A DNA stretch of 63,760 nucleotides, filler included, from Hyphochytrium catenoides (lineage: Eukaryota; Protista; Hyphochytriomycota), in assembly GCA_900088475.1 (NCBI GenBank). It is 11 parts of 11 records of this genome, joined end to end, with 100 filler letters (N's around TTAATTAATTAA, not from the genome) between each part and the next. Parts side by side here need not be neighbours in the genome. Positions count along the whole stretch, not along the records: positions 34,295 to 39,878 come from FLMG01004676.1; positions 39,979 to 41,210 come from FLMG01002012.1; positions 41,311 to 53,660 come from FLMG01000791.1; 8 more parts are not named here. One strand, given 5' to 3'. This document shows, piece by piece, positions 38,042 through 51,700 of this stretch. Numbering within the stretch: position 1 is the stretch's first letter; every line of letters begins with the position of its first letter. Below the pieces are notes generated by a model. It searched no databases, was not told the DNA's origin, and saw nothing but the letters and a program-made list of their open reading frames with translations. The position numbers and the translations under genes were made by a program.

Positions 38042-41000
38042 AAGAGGAGAGAGAGAGAGAAAGAGAGAGAGAGAGAAAGCAGAAGACAGGGATGGAAGAG
38101 ACACGAGAACCACAGGAAGTGCCATAAAGGACGAGACGAATAAGAAGAGTGTGAGAGAGAGAGCAAGGGCTGTAGAGAAGGAAGACAGAGTGAGGCAAGA
38201 GATACAAAAAATAGCAGCTGACGAAGAACAGAACACAGAATAAGAGTGAGACAGAGATGCTGATAGAAGAGCCTCCGTAGGCAGTGGGAGAGAGAGACAG
38301 AGAGAAAGAGAGAAAGAAAGAGAGAGAGAGACAGAAAGAACCAGCTGCTGTGAGGACTCAAAAGTGACCAAGAAATCAAAGAGTCAGCAAGAGAGCGGTT
38401 TAGGATTGAGTAGTACCTCAAGACAGAGTCAGTAACGGTGGTAAATATAATAGCATTAGTCAAAGAGAGATTACTGTACAGACTTTGATCGGCTAAGGAT
38501 CTGGTACGAGGTACAGTCATGACGTGAGGAGATGATGTTTTCTTAGGCTGTCCAACAGTGACTAGAGGATGAGAAGAGAGACGAAGGGTCACAGAGACAG
38601 AGGCGCTGTGAGCGCTAGACAGAATGAAACAGATCCTATTGTTATAAATTTGGAGAGATGAACGATTACCGGTAGTGAGAGACTAAGAACAAGCGAGACA
38701 GACCAAATAGATAAAAGAGAGAGATGAATAAGGGAGAAAATAGGTTGTGAAGGGCCAGTCCCTGGTCGATCCTCACTTGTGGTCCCTCGCACTACCATGA
38801 GAACGACGAGACAGAGCAAGAAGCAACAGGAGGAGAAATAGACACAGAAGCAAGCCTTCTCAATTTTTCCAGCCAAGCCCCTCATAGAGACCGTAAAATT
38901 CGTATTTGAAAGATTTAGCGTAGGTTTCCAGAAGACGGTATATGGATCTTCATAAGATAAAATCTTTCTTTATTCCTTTTATTTCATCCAAAGGTTTCCA
39001 TATAAATCGCTCTCGACCCCAACTCAACCTCAACCCTCTATTCTGTACAAGGCACAGCTCGTGTGTTAGCGAATCTAGTGTATTGACATACGGATAAGAT
39101 TTGATTCTATGTGTGTTTGGAATCAGACGCAGATAAGCGGTGATGAGTGCAAATATCTCTGTGATCTCTGTCTGAGGTTAGGGGCGCGGCGCAGTGGCGT
39201 CCGTGCGCTGAGCACAATGAAGAGCGACATGGACGCCCAAAAGATAATTTCTGTATGCTCTGGCTTCTTCGTCCCAGTCTTTCTTTCTCTCTCCATCGTC
39301 CTCCCACACTCTCATACAGATCTGTGTGTCGTCCAGAGTGTATGCCCTTCTTTGTGATGGAAGGCAGAGGCCGTGACCGATGGGGAAAGGTCAATGAAGC
39401 CAGATAAAGAACGCGAGGGAGGGTGGTAGCTCGGCGCCTGTTGGTGGTGAGGATTCAGTGTGAGGATGCAATTGGGGCATTGCATAGTAGAAGAGTGATG
39501 GGTGATGACGTGCAAGAAAGATCAAGCGTTGATGGCATGCAGCATCTGAGAAGAACAAAGGGTAGTCTGAGTGTCGCCTTGTTGTCTGACATTTGCTGGG
39601 ACTGATGAGGGACGGGGGTTAACGCAGTCACCCGCGAAAGGTCAAAGAGATCATTGAACAGTTTTATAATAAAAGAAGTAGAGTGTTGTTCACCTTTCTC
39701 GCAAGATAGTTCAAACGACTGAAGCCGGTCAGTGGCTCGATCTGCCTGTGTTTCCTAGCGCGTGATTCAGAACTTGCTGGTGCCATCGTCATCAGGCAAC
39801 TCCGACTCGTTTGCTCTATCCCGCCAGAAGTTATAGAGGAGTGGTCCTGGTACAATGAGGACAACGCGTCTGCTTTTGNNNNNNNNNNNNNNNNNNNNNN
39901 NNNNNNNNNNNNNNNNNNNNNNTTAATTAATTAANNNNNNNNNNNNNNNNNNNNNNNNNNNNNNNNNNNNNNNNNNNNTGATAAATTTTTGTGCAGGCCT
40001 ATCCATATTTAAGGAGTGCAGCCCTGGGGCTCATTCGGAGAACAGTAAAGCTTGCTCATGCGCTCCTCTTCACGAAATAAACCGATAGCTGAAGGGATTC
40101 TGATTGGGCAAAAAGAGCTTCATCAACAACAAGGGTCGGAAGAGAGAGAGAAAGATATTATACGAAGACCGCTTCACGCAAGTTTTCTGACACTGCACCG
40201 TCACCGTTTCTGTTGACCGTTCACTCAGGAAGAAGACGAAGAAGAAAGGGAGATTTACAATCACGGAGATTGACCCAGTTTCACCAGACACTGCAGACTC
40301 CGGAGCTCAGGGGACTTATTCTCATGATGATGCCTCCGAAATAGTTGAGAGTCCTAGTAGCTGGATGGGTAGCAAGGTACGCATAAATAGATCTAAGAGA
40401 TAGACCCAGGTGCACGATTCTAGCGCAAGAGGGTATTTGACCTGGTGAAAGCTGGAACAAGCAACTTTCCATATATTCCTTGCTATAGCAGTACCGCTGG
40501 TTTGAACAAAGAGTTCTGGGAAGACAAGCACGGACAGCAGCAGATGATCTGCGGCAAAGATAAAGGGCTTATTCCAACTCAGTCGCTGCCTTTGCGCTTC
40601 TTAATAGGATCAACGTAATCGGGTTCGAAGCGTTGCAGTCTCGGTTGAGGGTAAAGATGCTCGCAGCAGGATAAGAGGAATTCCAGCTTCCCCGCTCCTA
40701 AAGTCAGAGACAAGAGATTCTGTCTCTTTCATTCCTGCTACCGCATCGCCTGTTTTTTTCTTCGAGGCGATGGATGTGCTTGAGAATGAAGTGAAGTCTG
40801 TCAGGAACCAGCTTGCTTTCCTCTCAGGTGCTTACTCGCCGAGATAGGAAGTGTTTCTTATTATCTGTCTGCTTACAACTCAGTCTATTTCTCTCTCTTG
40901 TTACTTTGCAGCTCAGCAGTTGCACACGCAAGGAATTTTGGAGCAGATGTCAGCAATCCTCCATTCAAGGACAGCTGAACGCAACCGTGGGGCTACGAAA

Positions 41001-41894
41001 GAAGAAGATAAAGAGCCAGATGGCCAAGAAGAAAAGCCTGCTCCCGCGGCGGCTTGCAGCGTAGTCCTCCCTGTTCCAGGGCGTACCTCCTTGGAAGCTG
41101 TTAAAACAACAATCGTAAGTGCGAAGAGAAAGGCGAGCCCGAATGAGACTCTTGGCTAAAGAGCATGGCTGATGTCAGTCTGGGATTGCTCCATTTTCTC
41201 TTTGTGTTTGNNNNNNNNNNNNNNNNNNNNNNNNNNNNNNNNNNNNNNNNNNNNTTAATTAATTAANNNNNNNNNNNNNNNNNNNNNNNNNNNNNNNNNN
41301 NNNNNNNNNNAGAGAGAGAGAGAGAGGATTGAGAGAAGAGAGATGGACAGAGAGAGAGAAGAGAAAGAGAGACGAAAGAAGAGAGAGCATAAGAGAGCGA
41401 GTGTATGTGTGAGAGAGAGAGAGCACTAAAGAAGGCACAGCGGGCCAGCAATAAGAAAGACCCGAGAGAAGAGAGCAGGAAGGAGGAGACCAAAGACAAG
41501 ATCCAGACGAAGAGATGGCAACCGAGAGAGAGAGGGAGAGAGAGAGAGAGACAAAGACAAAGGAGGAGAAGAGAGGTAGACTACCTTCCCTGTACATAGG
41601 GCCTGCGACCAAGGGAGCTTCACTCTCAGAAGCTTCCGTCTCATCTCCAAAACTTGGAAGCCCAGCAATCTGTGACGCAGGCCTTGCGCAGATTGACGGA
41701 CAGGAGGACTCAACACGTCCATCACCAGCAACAAGAGACGCTTATTATTAGAGTGATAGACGCTGTCATAGGAGAGCCGCTGTCAGAAAGAGAGACTCGT
41801 CCTTGAGGAAAGAGAGAGAGAGAGAGCCGATACAGACTTTCTGTTGAAGCTCAAGTGAAGGTCTTCAACAGTGGCAGACTTCAGGAAAGCCAGA

Positions 41895-44800
41895 ATGATT
41901 GATGACAGGGAGTCCAAAGTTCCCTTGATAGGAGGTAAGCACGAGAAGCATAGCACGTGCTCGAATACCGAGAAGGGGGAAGTGGCAGAAGGAGCGCTTG
42001 GCCTTACGGCACTTCTCTCCTTTGCTTTTTGGTATACTCTTTGCTCGCACTAACCAACCTTTTTTTGGTGCCCGTCTTATCGCGGTCAACGCATCACCTC
42101 TGTCTATGAAGCGGAAGACAAGGAGGAGGAAAGAGCGGAGAGAGAGTATGGAGGCGATTACTATGAGAACCAGCTCCTGCTCCAGCGGCAGCAGAAGGAG
42201 GCCACCGTGAGAGGCACCAAGAGAAAATGGCTTAGACGGACTGTGATAGCTGTGGGCGCTCTGCTCTTCTTTACAGGCAGGAGTGCTTTCATCCTTTCTG
42301 TCATCGGCACAGCTCTCTCCTCCTTCTGTTTGTTAGCACTTGCTGCTTATGCTTCGATTTCCTTTTGTGAAGCGTCATCTCTTGGCATCTTCGCGTTATT
42401 TGCTCTTTGCTTAAGAATGGCAGATTGTAGTTGCCGTCGTATGTCCTCGCAGCCGTAGATGCTGTCTCTGCCTGCTTTTGTAAGATTGCTTGCTAACTCT
42501 CAACTTGTCTCGTGCCCCGTCTTCGCTCTTGCATGGATCCTTGCTGGTGGTACAGCCGTTGCTTTGCTGGCGATACAGTTGATAGGCCCCATCATAGCCA
42601 AAGCGGTAGGACGCCAAGCCAAGTGCAGTCTCCTCGATTGAGCGTCCTCTGCGATCCTTTCTTCCACCAGATTCAAAGTCTATGGCTGCTGTTATGCTTT
42701 TTCCGTACCCTAGATCTTATCCCCTCACTTCTTCCCTCCCTAACTCCCGTATCTGTGTGTTACACTCTTTGCTTACCCGCACAGGAGTTGGAACGCACCG
42801 AGATTCAGATCTTGGAATTCACAGTCAGCTCTCCCGCCCAATATGGATTCTTATCAAGCGCCAAGATGAAGATCAAAAATGTGAATCCTCTGAGCGGCAG
42901 CATTGCTCCAATGGTAAGCTGTGCTAGGTAAAGACGGATAGTGAAGAGGCGACCGGGATAGGAGGTAGCAGTAGTCCTGAGGGAGGACCAGAGTACAAGC
43001 ACATGCATCCTCCTTGAGAATGTCGGACCTGTTCTTTCTTCTTCCTTTCTCTTCCCTCTCTCTCTTTTTTTCTCTCTGTGTCTTTTCCTCTCTTTTCTCT
43101 CGAGACCTATCTCTCTCTTCTCTCTGCGCCTTCGTTGGCAGGAGAAACTAACTTACCTTGCAGCAAAGCCAAATATCCTACCAAGGCGTCGTCTTTGGCG
43201 AGTTTATGATGCCGGCGATGGGGATCAAAGCCGGTGTTGATAACTATATCAATTTCACCGCGAACCCATTCAAAGTCGTTAACATCTCGGCTTGGGGAGA
43301 GAGTGCTAGGGCACTGATGAGGGCAGATAAGGTCGTTTGGAAAATCACGGGAAGGTTAGGTCATAGCTGCTTATTCTCTCGTTTCGTCTTCTAGCCTTGC
43401 TACTCCAAGCCTGAGTATTCAGTCTGAAGACAAGGCGACATCTTACACCTATATCGCTCCCATGCTACATGCGGGGCTATTATCTTGGGACTTTGTCTCT
43501 TCCTCCCCGTATTGGTTCTTGCGTTGGCTATGCTTTTCGGGGTCTGCTATACTCCTTCTGACTGTTTTATGTCTATCCCATAGCGCTTCCATTACCGGGA
43601 GTGTACTGGGCATCTCCCATACCTTTCGGGGTGTGGAGTTTCAGAAAGAAATCGTAGTGGAAGGAATGCGTGGCATGGAGAATGTCTCTATTGACAGCTT
43701 TTCGATGCCTCGGGATGCCCCTGGAGGACACGGCATAGTCGTGGAGACTACATCTTCATTTTTTAACCCGTCTAAGGTCGAAATGGAGATAGGTGCGTAG
43801 GCTCCCGTTGTTACTTCCTAAAAAGCGGCGCCATATGTTGGTCTTGGTAGAAGTTCTAGACGATACAGGACCTTTCAGCTCCGAAGTCAACGACCCGCTA
43901 TTAAGTCATTCTGATGCTACCTCGGCTTATGTACCTCTTACTGTGAAGGCTCTCCTAAGTCAGCCTACTCGCAGGCGGTTGTTTCGACTTCTGCATACTG
44001 CTCTGCTGTTTGTGGGGGTTTATAGATTTGGACCTTGGGCCCTGATATTATGATGGCTGTAGGCAATCTAAGTCTGGGGCTTCATATGGTGGACGGCACG
44101 CGCATCGGTACGCTCAATAGTAGCCTCTTCTCCATGAAAAGAGGGTGGAATAAGGTATTAGAAGCGTTTTATCTATCTCTTCTCCTCCCGGCAACAATCT
44201 TCTCCTTTGCTTGTGCGCATCTAGATTATGGCGTAACTCTATGTACCACAGACCAGCATCGTTTTGTACTAGTGCCCATCTTGTCGCCTCATCACCAGTG
44301 GTGCTTATTTTCTTCACTTCAAGTGCGTCCTTGTCCCTTGACATCACCCTTTTAGCTGTTGTTAGTTGGAGTTCTTAGCCCTCCGTTGGACCCAGATGGT
44401 GCGGTGCTACCAAGCGTGGCAAACTTCTTCTCCTTGTATCTTCGAAACATTGACTCTCCCATTCGAGTCGAAGGACAGCAGTCGTCTCGTCCCTTTCCAT
44501 GGCTGGAAGAGACGGTAAAAAATATCCAACTGAATACTACTTTCCCAGGTCAGTGTTGTCTTTTAGTTCCTAGGATGAATCTGCAGGTTCTGGTGTGTCT
44601 CTACATTGTGCTACGTTTCTTCATCTCCTAGACATCGCTGCCGTGGCTGATCCCCTTCACAATCAATCTCTCATCTTTTCAACTGGTTCCCTTGGTCGGC
44701 TCCAGGGGTTCGTCGTGGAACATCTTGTGTTTGAAGTCTACCTGCCATACATAACTATCTCTGCGCGTTCCCTGTTGATATCTAATCGTCACCCCTCGCT

Positions 44801-47561
44801 CTGTCTCTCCTGCGTTGAAGGCGTCGGTGCTGGGTTTAAGCTCATGTCTGGTCTCGTACTTGAGAAAGTGTCAGTGAAGATGCTTCCGGGAGAGGCTTCT
44901 CCTCTAATCACTACAGCGATGCATGCCAAGCTGGAGCTGCCAGTGGCTTTCGGCTTCCCAATTAATGTAAGAGGCTGTGCCTTGTAAGGCTGTCTGTTCC
45001 TTTCTAACGTTTGTGGTCTTTTGTCCCGGCTTCTTTTCCTATGATACCCTCGTGATGCTGTCACTCTAACTCCCTCAGTTGAAACGATTTATTTGACGTC
45101 CTGCTATCCTAATCACCGAGCTTGGGTTTATAGATCTCGAAGGTAGCGATGTCCTTCAACATGACAGATGAGGCACACAGGCTGGTAGGCTCAGTTAAGA
45201 CTGGTCAGTGCTCTTCCCCCCCTAACCTCTAGTTGTACACCCCTTGCGCTCGGTGGAGTCATAGAAAAAAAATGACCTTTCCCCTTTGCCTGGCGCTTGT
45301 GCTGCCCCCGTTTACTTTCTGCCGGTCCCCTCCGGACTCTTTGTTAAGGGTAATGGGCGATATCATCTCCTTGGATTTGCTGCCTTCACCACTTCCTATC
45401 TTGTCTAGCCTCTTCACTGCATTGTCGTATCCAAACTCTTTTTGAATTATCTGACTTGAACCGGTCTCACTCTTAGCCGCTTTTTGCCCTCTCCTGCACT
45501 CTCACCCTTTCTGCTCGTTTGTATCAAGGACGTGAACCCTGCACCTATGACCCCAAGACTAGACAGATCCACCTGGAGCTTTCCCGTGCTTATCCTCTAC
45601 GACTTCCTCCTTCTTTGGCCGCTGCGTCTGCCTATTTCAAGAAGACCATGCTGGAAAAGAGTGTTATGGTTAACATAGAGGCAACGAGGGGATCAGGAGG
45701 AGCTCAAGAGGGAGTCGCCCCAATAGTTTCCACTGCGATGGGTCTCCTGCCTCTAAGTGGATTGCCCATCAATAACTCTATCACTATGCAGGTGATCTTT
45801 CGTCGGTCTAACTTTTGGCGTTCTTCATTCACCCACCCTGCTACGAGCTAATCCTCTATTTTGTGGGTGATCCACCGTCACATCCCTTCTCTGCATCTCT
45901 CAACACACATTTCCTAGATCTAAGTGCCCGCGTCTAAAGCAGTGCCACTGCTCTGAAACCATCGCTGTTGCCAATCTCCTAGGCTCTCTGACTCCCTCTG
46001 TTTTCTTCTTCTCTGTATATTGCCAACAGGGAATGGATGGCTTCCGCGATCCGCCGATCAAAGTACTGGACGTGGATATCATCTCGGGGTCTCCAAGGGC
46101 CCTTTTCCTCTCAACGTCCTTTGCCCTCGTTAACCCTTCCCCTACTGAGACTGATGCTGGAGAGCTCCAACTCTACATGAAGGGAGAGAGCGGAGGCAGG
46201 CTGGCCACTGTCAGAATTCTGGACTTTTCTCTCTCTTGCTGCGGGAAAACCACCATCATCAATGCCCTGACCTTCTACGCCCCTGAGAACGTTGAAGAAG
46301 GCGAGAGGTTCATGTCCAATTTTCTCTGTGGCTACTATACAGGAGGAAGTGAGTGGTGCCCTAACCTGTCTCGCTCCTTTATTGACATTCGGTCCTCTAG
46401 ATCGTTCCCTTATTTGGCCGTATACTCCTGTCTCATCTTTTCCTCTATTAGGCCCACGTTCTTCTACCTTGATAACCTGACACTCAGTGTCTTGGTTTTG
46501 CCTTGGGTTATCCCACTATGAGTGCACGTTCCCTCCGCGACCTCAGCCCCTTCTTGGCTTTCAGTACCTTCTATCCTCTCTTTCTCTCACTCTTGTACTC
46601 AACTTTACCCTGTTGTCGTTTGTCATATTGGCCAGAGCCTCAGACCGTGACTGTGTTTGGCGATGACAAGAGTACGGATGTTGCAGTCCTGAAGCCTGCA
46701 GTCTCCCAACTATCAACTCCTACCTCTCTTCCTCCTTTATCCCTCATTCGCCCGTCAAGCAGCCACCTCCTCCTCTTCTCCCGCATGTATCTCCCTTCAT
46801 CTCTTCTGCATCTCAAGACTTTTCCAACGCTCATTATGGCCGCCAACCCATTCTCAGCACCCATATCAGTGCGAAAATCCAACATTACCATCTTTGCATG
46901 TGCGAAGTACGATGATGATAACGTAAGTCTGCGCCGTCACTTAGATCACTCCTGGTGTTCTTTATTGCTTCTCTTTCAATCTCAGGTTCATATTATGCCA
47001 TGGTTCTTCCACAATCCTCTGCAACCTGCCCTTCTGTAAAAACTGATACCATCGCCTCTCATGCGCGATCTCTCCTTCTCTGAGCGAAATGCTTGCTGCC
47101 TCCTTGTAGAAGACCTAGACTCTCCTTTGTTTATTCTCCCGCACGACTACTACCCTGACTAATTCCGTCTTTTGAAGGGCTGTGCGAGCTATTCTGCCTC
47201 GCCGCTGGCGTCCTTTGCCTCCTCTTCTCCAATGAAACTCCCTGCAAAAGAAGAAGGCTGTGCTTCCTGCTGTATGCATGAAGACTGTTACCGCCTGAAG
47301 CTTTGTCCTGACGCTAAGAACGGCACTTGCCCTGAGGCGTCCATGTTGGGCTTCCAGTGGGATGTGGTGGCACGTATTTTGAGAGTGGGAGAGATCCTCA
47401 TCCTCATAGATGGTGATTTGGAGATTGATATACAAGGCTTTAGAAGCTCAATGAAGATCAGACAGGCTGGACTGCGCTCTGAGATGTACAAGGGAAAGAA
47501 GAGCGATCAAGAGACTACGAAGCCATTTGGGACAGGAGAAGCGGGAGAACCCATGCCTTAA
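41895..47561 (+). CDS. DUF3712/Tag1-like single-pass membrane protein (repeated LEA_2-like beta domains), multi-exon
   Basis: Exons: MIDDRESKVPLIG|gt, TM segment RRTVIAVGALLFF, GVEFQKEIVVEGMRGM..FFNPSKVEMEIG, GNLSLGLH..RIGTL, GMDGF..LVNPSPTETDAGEL and ANPFSAPISV. The repeated GMxG/NPS/GxL pattern is typical of DUF3712. Stop at 47559-47561. Confidence 0.75.
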
Positions 47562-48733
47562 GGCCAGAAACTCAGCGATCTGTAGCTAGCGCTCCTAAGA
47601 ACTGTAGATAGCCAATGTATGTCTATTTGTCTTAGAGAATAAATGAGATTGTAGATACGAAGCAAAGAAGTTCATCTCTCTACTAACTATTGCGCAAGTG
47701 GCCGCCTCTTCTATCTCTGCTAATCCGTCCCACGTTCATTATGAGTACTTGATGACAGAGTCCGGCAACCATTTTGTGGCTGAAGAACGGAGTTCAATGC
47801 TAGCCTTATAAGCCAGGGGGGATCTGTATCTTCCTCTTCATCATTGCCCTTTCAGAGAAGCTCCGTAGAAATTTCCATCTATGAAGGCCAAAGCTAGAGG
47901 TAACAACCAGCAGACACATCTTAAGGTTGTCAAGACAGATCATCACTCATAAGTAGCGATGTACGGCAGTACCCATCCACGACAAAAGCAGCTCAGCGAG
48001 CCTCTCTGTTTCTGTGCGTTGCCCACGAAGAAGGGAAGAATGATGAGCAATCCACTCGCTGTCACCTTGACCAAAAGTAGGAGGGTAAAGCTGCTGGCTC
48101 CTGACAAGGCGAAAGCCTCGCCTACACTACAGAGACGTGCCTTTTCAAAACTGTCCAAGACGTCACTATCCCCCGCGCTGTTTGCAGCTTTGAAGAGACT
48201 GTGTAGATGGAGAAGGTTCGCCAAGCAGCCGCAGACATAGGGTCTCAGGCAGACATGAGACGGATGGTCGCTTTGCCCGAGTCAAGGCTTCAAGGTTGTC
48301 GGTCTACCAGCCCTTCAAAGGCATAAGAAATCCTCCACTGTCCGTTACGAAGCGCAACTGATTATCAAAGGGATGGTGGTCTTTGATCTCTACAGTGGCC
48401 TAATACGGTAACTGGAGGGCGGCATCTTCAGTGATCTGATTTATTGGGATCAGAAGCCGAGGAGTGATTTTATTGGTGAAGCTCACGAGGCAACAGAAAG
48501 AGATCATCTGCAGATTCTGATGGAGAGATTGTCTTAGTGGGCAGCTCCGCCTATTATGAAGCTCTACTCAGAGCATCGCAGCCAAGCGATAGGGTCTGAA
48601 GAGACTCTATAGAGATCTCTAGGCTACGGTACAAATTCAGGGTCAGTTTATTGAGTAGAAGGGTTCAATATTTCTGACTAGGGAAGGACGGAGCATTGCC
48701 CGGAACGAAGGGGGAGGAGCAGCAGCAGCAACA

Positions 48734-51700
48734 ATGGCGAAGGGAAAGAAGAAGGAGTCCAAGGAGAAAAAGGAAGCAAAAAAGCAGCGACAGCTTGAGA
48801 AGCAAGCTAAGCAGGGCAAGAAAAAAGCAGCGAAAGATGCGAAGGTATCACAAGAGCGAGTTATAAACGAATTCTGGTACTTTCTAAGAACTAAGAATCA
48901 TTTGGTCTCAGGACGCGGGAGAGGAAGACATCGAAGCCATTCTTGCCGAAATCCTAAAAAAAGAAGCGCAGAAGACTGCCGTACAGGTCATCGACTGCGC
49001 TGGTCCTCCTCCACCTAGAGCTAACTTCACACTTACGGGGGTACCTTCAGGGGACATGATCATGTTTGGAGGTGCGTCCAAGACACTCCTGCCTCTCCAT
49101 CTTCGTCTTCCTTGTGCTATCCCTTCCAACAGTCTTCTCTTTGCCATTGTTCAGTTATGTCACGGTTTGCCTCCCTCTTGCTTTCTGTTTACCATCAACT
49201 AGTCCCTTACATATTCAAACGTCGCCCAAGTGCTGATGTCTTCCTGGTCCAACAGGCGAGTATTATGATGGGGAGTGCAACACTGTGTACAATGAAGTTT
49301 ACCGCTGGAACATAGAGAAAAATGAATGGAAGATGATCAGCTCGCCAAACACACCAGGACCTAGATGCAGTCATCAGGTTTGTCTCTCCGCTTCCCATTC
49401 ATTCTCTTCTCCTCTCAGGCGATATGAGGCTTCTTCAAACGGAAGGAGCCATGGCTGCCTTGGCTCCGGCCACCTACTCTACTTTGCTCAAGTGTGTGAC
49501 CGCCTTTCCTTGTGCATCGCAGGCGGTAGCCTATCGGGACCATCTCTATATCTTCGGAGGAGAGTTTGCAACGGTAGATCAGTTCTATCACTACAGGGTA
49601 AGTCCGTCGCAGCTTCTTTGCCTGTAGCCCGCCTTGTTCCATCTATTCTTCTGCTCCAATCCCCCATCGATGGATTGCTACCTCTGCGCTACGTAGCCGA
49701 GAAAATCCCTATACCATTCGGATACGGCGCCACAGTCTCCGTTCTGGCCATTGCCTTCATCTCTGTTGACCTTCACCTCTCAAACGGATGCAGGATCTAT
49801 GGCGCCTTGATCTAAAGACAAATGCGTGGGAGTGCATTGAGAGCAAGGGAGGGCCGTCGCCACGCAGTGGACATAGAATGGTGGTCTGGAGGAACTATTT
49901 AGTGCTGTTCGGTGGTTTCTATGAGGCATTCAGGGAGACAAAGTGAGTGGCAGCTCCACTGACCATGAAGCCAACCAGATCGTTATGTCCTTGATCTTCC
50001 ATACCACTGCTACCGTCCCCTGTTCCTTAAAAGGTTTCCAGAAAGTTTCCTTCCTTGACCTTTCCCATACTTACGCCCCACAAACAATGTTTTAGGTGGT
50101 TCAATGATCTGTACTTGTTTAGCCTGACGGACCTGAAGTGGAAGAAGATTGAATTTCCTACGCACAGACAGCAACCTTCCCCTCGTAGTGGCTGCCAAGT
50201 AAGTAGGAGAGAAGATTGTGAGAGACAGGGACCGTGGGTGTTGCCCTCCCATCCCGATCGACATCTCTTTACACTTCTTTACTATAACGTTTTGGGGATG
50301 AGTAGATCTGTTTCTTTTCTTAACTATGTGAGGACCATGGCTCCTCGTCAGCACTCTTTACTGAGCTCTTACAGGCTAACCCCAAAGCTTAGAATTGACG
50401 ACTTGAGGTCTTGGTTTCGATGACAAGATGCTTGTCGTTACTCTTATCCTGGGCTCCACTTGCCGTCGTTCGTGTCTTTCCATGCACATATCTCCCATCT
50501 AAGATATCTCTGGTGCGTATGTAGCTGGCACTGCACCATTCCGACGACAGTGTATTCTTGTATGGCGGCTACGCGAAGGTGAAGGTGGCAGGCGAAAAAG
50601 CTGAGGGCAAGGTTTACAGCGACTGTTGGCAGCTCAATTTGGCACCAGTGCTCAAAGGAGGGCAACCCACCTGGGAGAAGGTGCCGGACACCTGGATGCT
50701 GCTTTTCCACGACTGTTGGCTCCTTGTTCTTCTATCTCCTGCTCTCAAAATCTACTCCGTTGACATCCTCTTCTTCCGCAATCTTTGCTTTCTCCCTCTG
50801 TCTCTCCTCTCATTTCGTTGTTCTCGTCGTCAAGATTCGAGGAAAGGGTTCGGCACCGACGCCCCGCAGTGGCGGTACAATGACAGTGTTTAAAAACAGG
50901 GCTCTGCTATTTGGGGGAGTTACAGACGAAGAAGGTACCTCTAGCTACTGCCTTGATCTTGAGTGTCCTTCCCACAACTTGCCTTTGTCGCCGTAATATC
51001 CCATGAGGGATGGCTGAGCCTTTCCAATTGTTTGTTGCTTTGATGTGCTCAGTCTTCCCACAAACAGTTTCTGGTTGCCGCTTTGCTAATGCAAATGCAA
51101 ACATTTGCCCCATCCGGGCTTGCTCGCGCGCAGGTCCACGTCATACGATCCGTAGCACCTTTTACAACGAGCTATATGCCTTCGATATGGACAGGAAGAG
51201 ATGGTTCCAGCTTGGTCTAAGGAAGAAAAAAGCGGGAGGGCGAAGAAGGAAGAGAGGAAAGAAGGAAGGGAAGGCTGAAGCCGATGAGCAAGAAGACTAC
51301 TCGGATGACGAGGATATGGCAGAGGGCGAAGAGGAGGAACAAGATGAAGAGGTAACTGCATAGAGAGAGTAGGCAGTTAGCAAACCGTGGTTGCGCACGG
51401 TCCTTAGCAATCATCGCCTCCACCGTGCGGCGCTTTTGCCGGAGAGCAGCAATGCATGTCTTGTCTTACTAACGTTGGATTCAATCCATGCTCAGCTCCC
51501 TTCGGTTCCTCACAACCGTATTATGCACTTACAACCTCCCTTCTGGTCTTGATCTGCATGTAGGAAGATGCAATCGATGAGGCGGACAAGAAATTTGCAT
51601 ACGTAGATCATCAAGGCCAGCTCATCTACGTAGATGATGAGGAGGAAGAAGAAGAAAAGAAGGAGGAAGAGGAAGAGAAGAAAGAAGAGGATGATGAGAT

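Noticed and set aside
37671-38592. Long ER- or SL-rich ORFs (also near 9500, 31800-32900, 56900-57400, 60000-61100)
   Set aside because: They are translations of (GA)n/(CT)n microsatellites.
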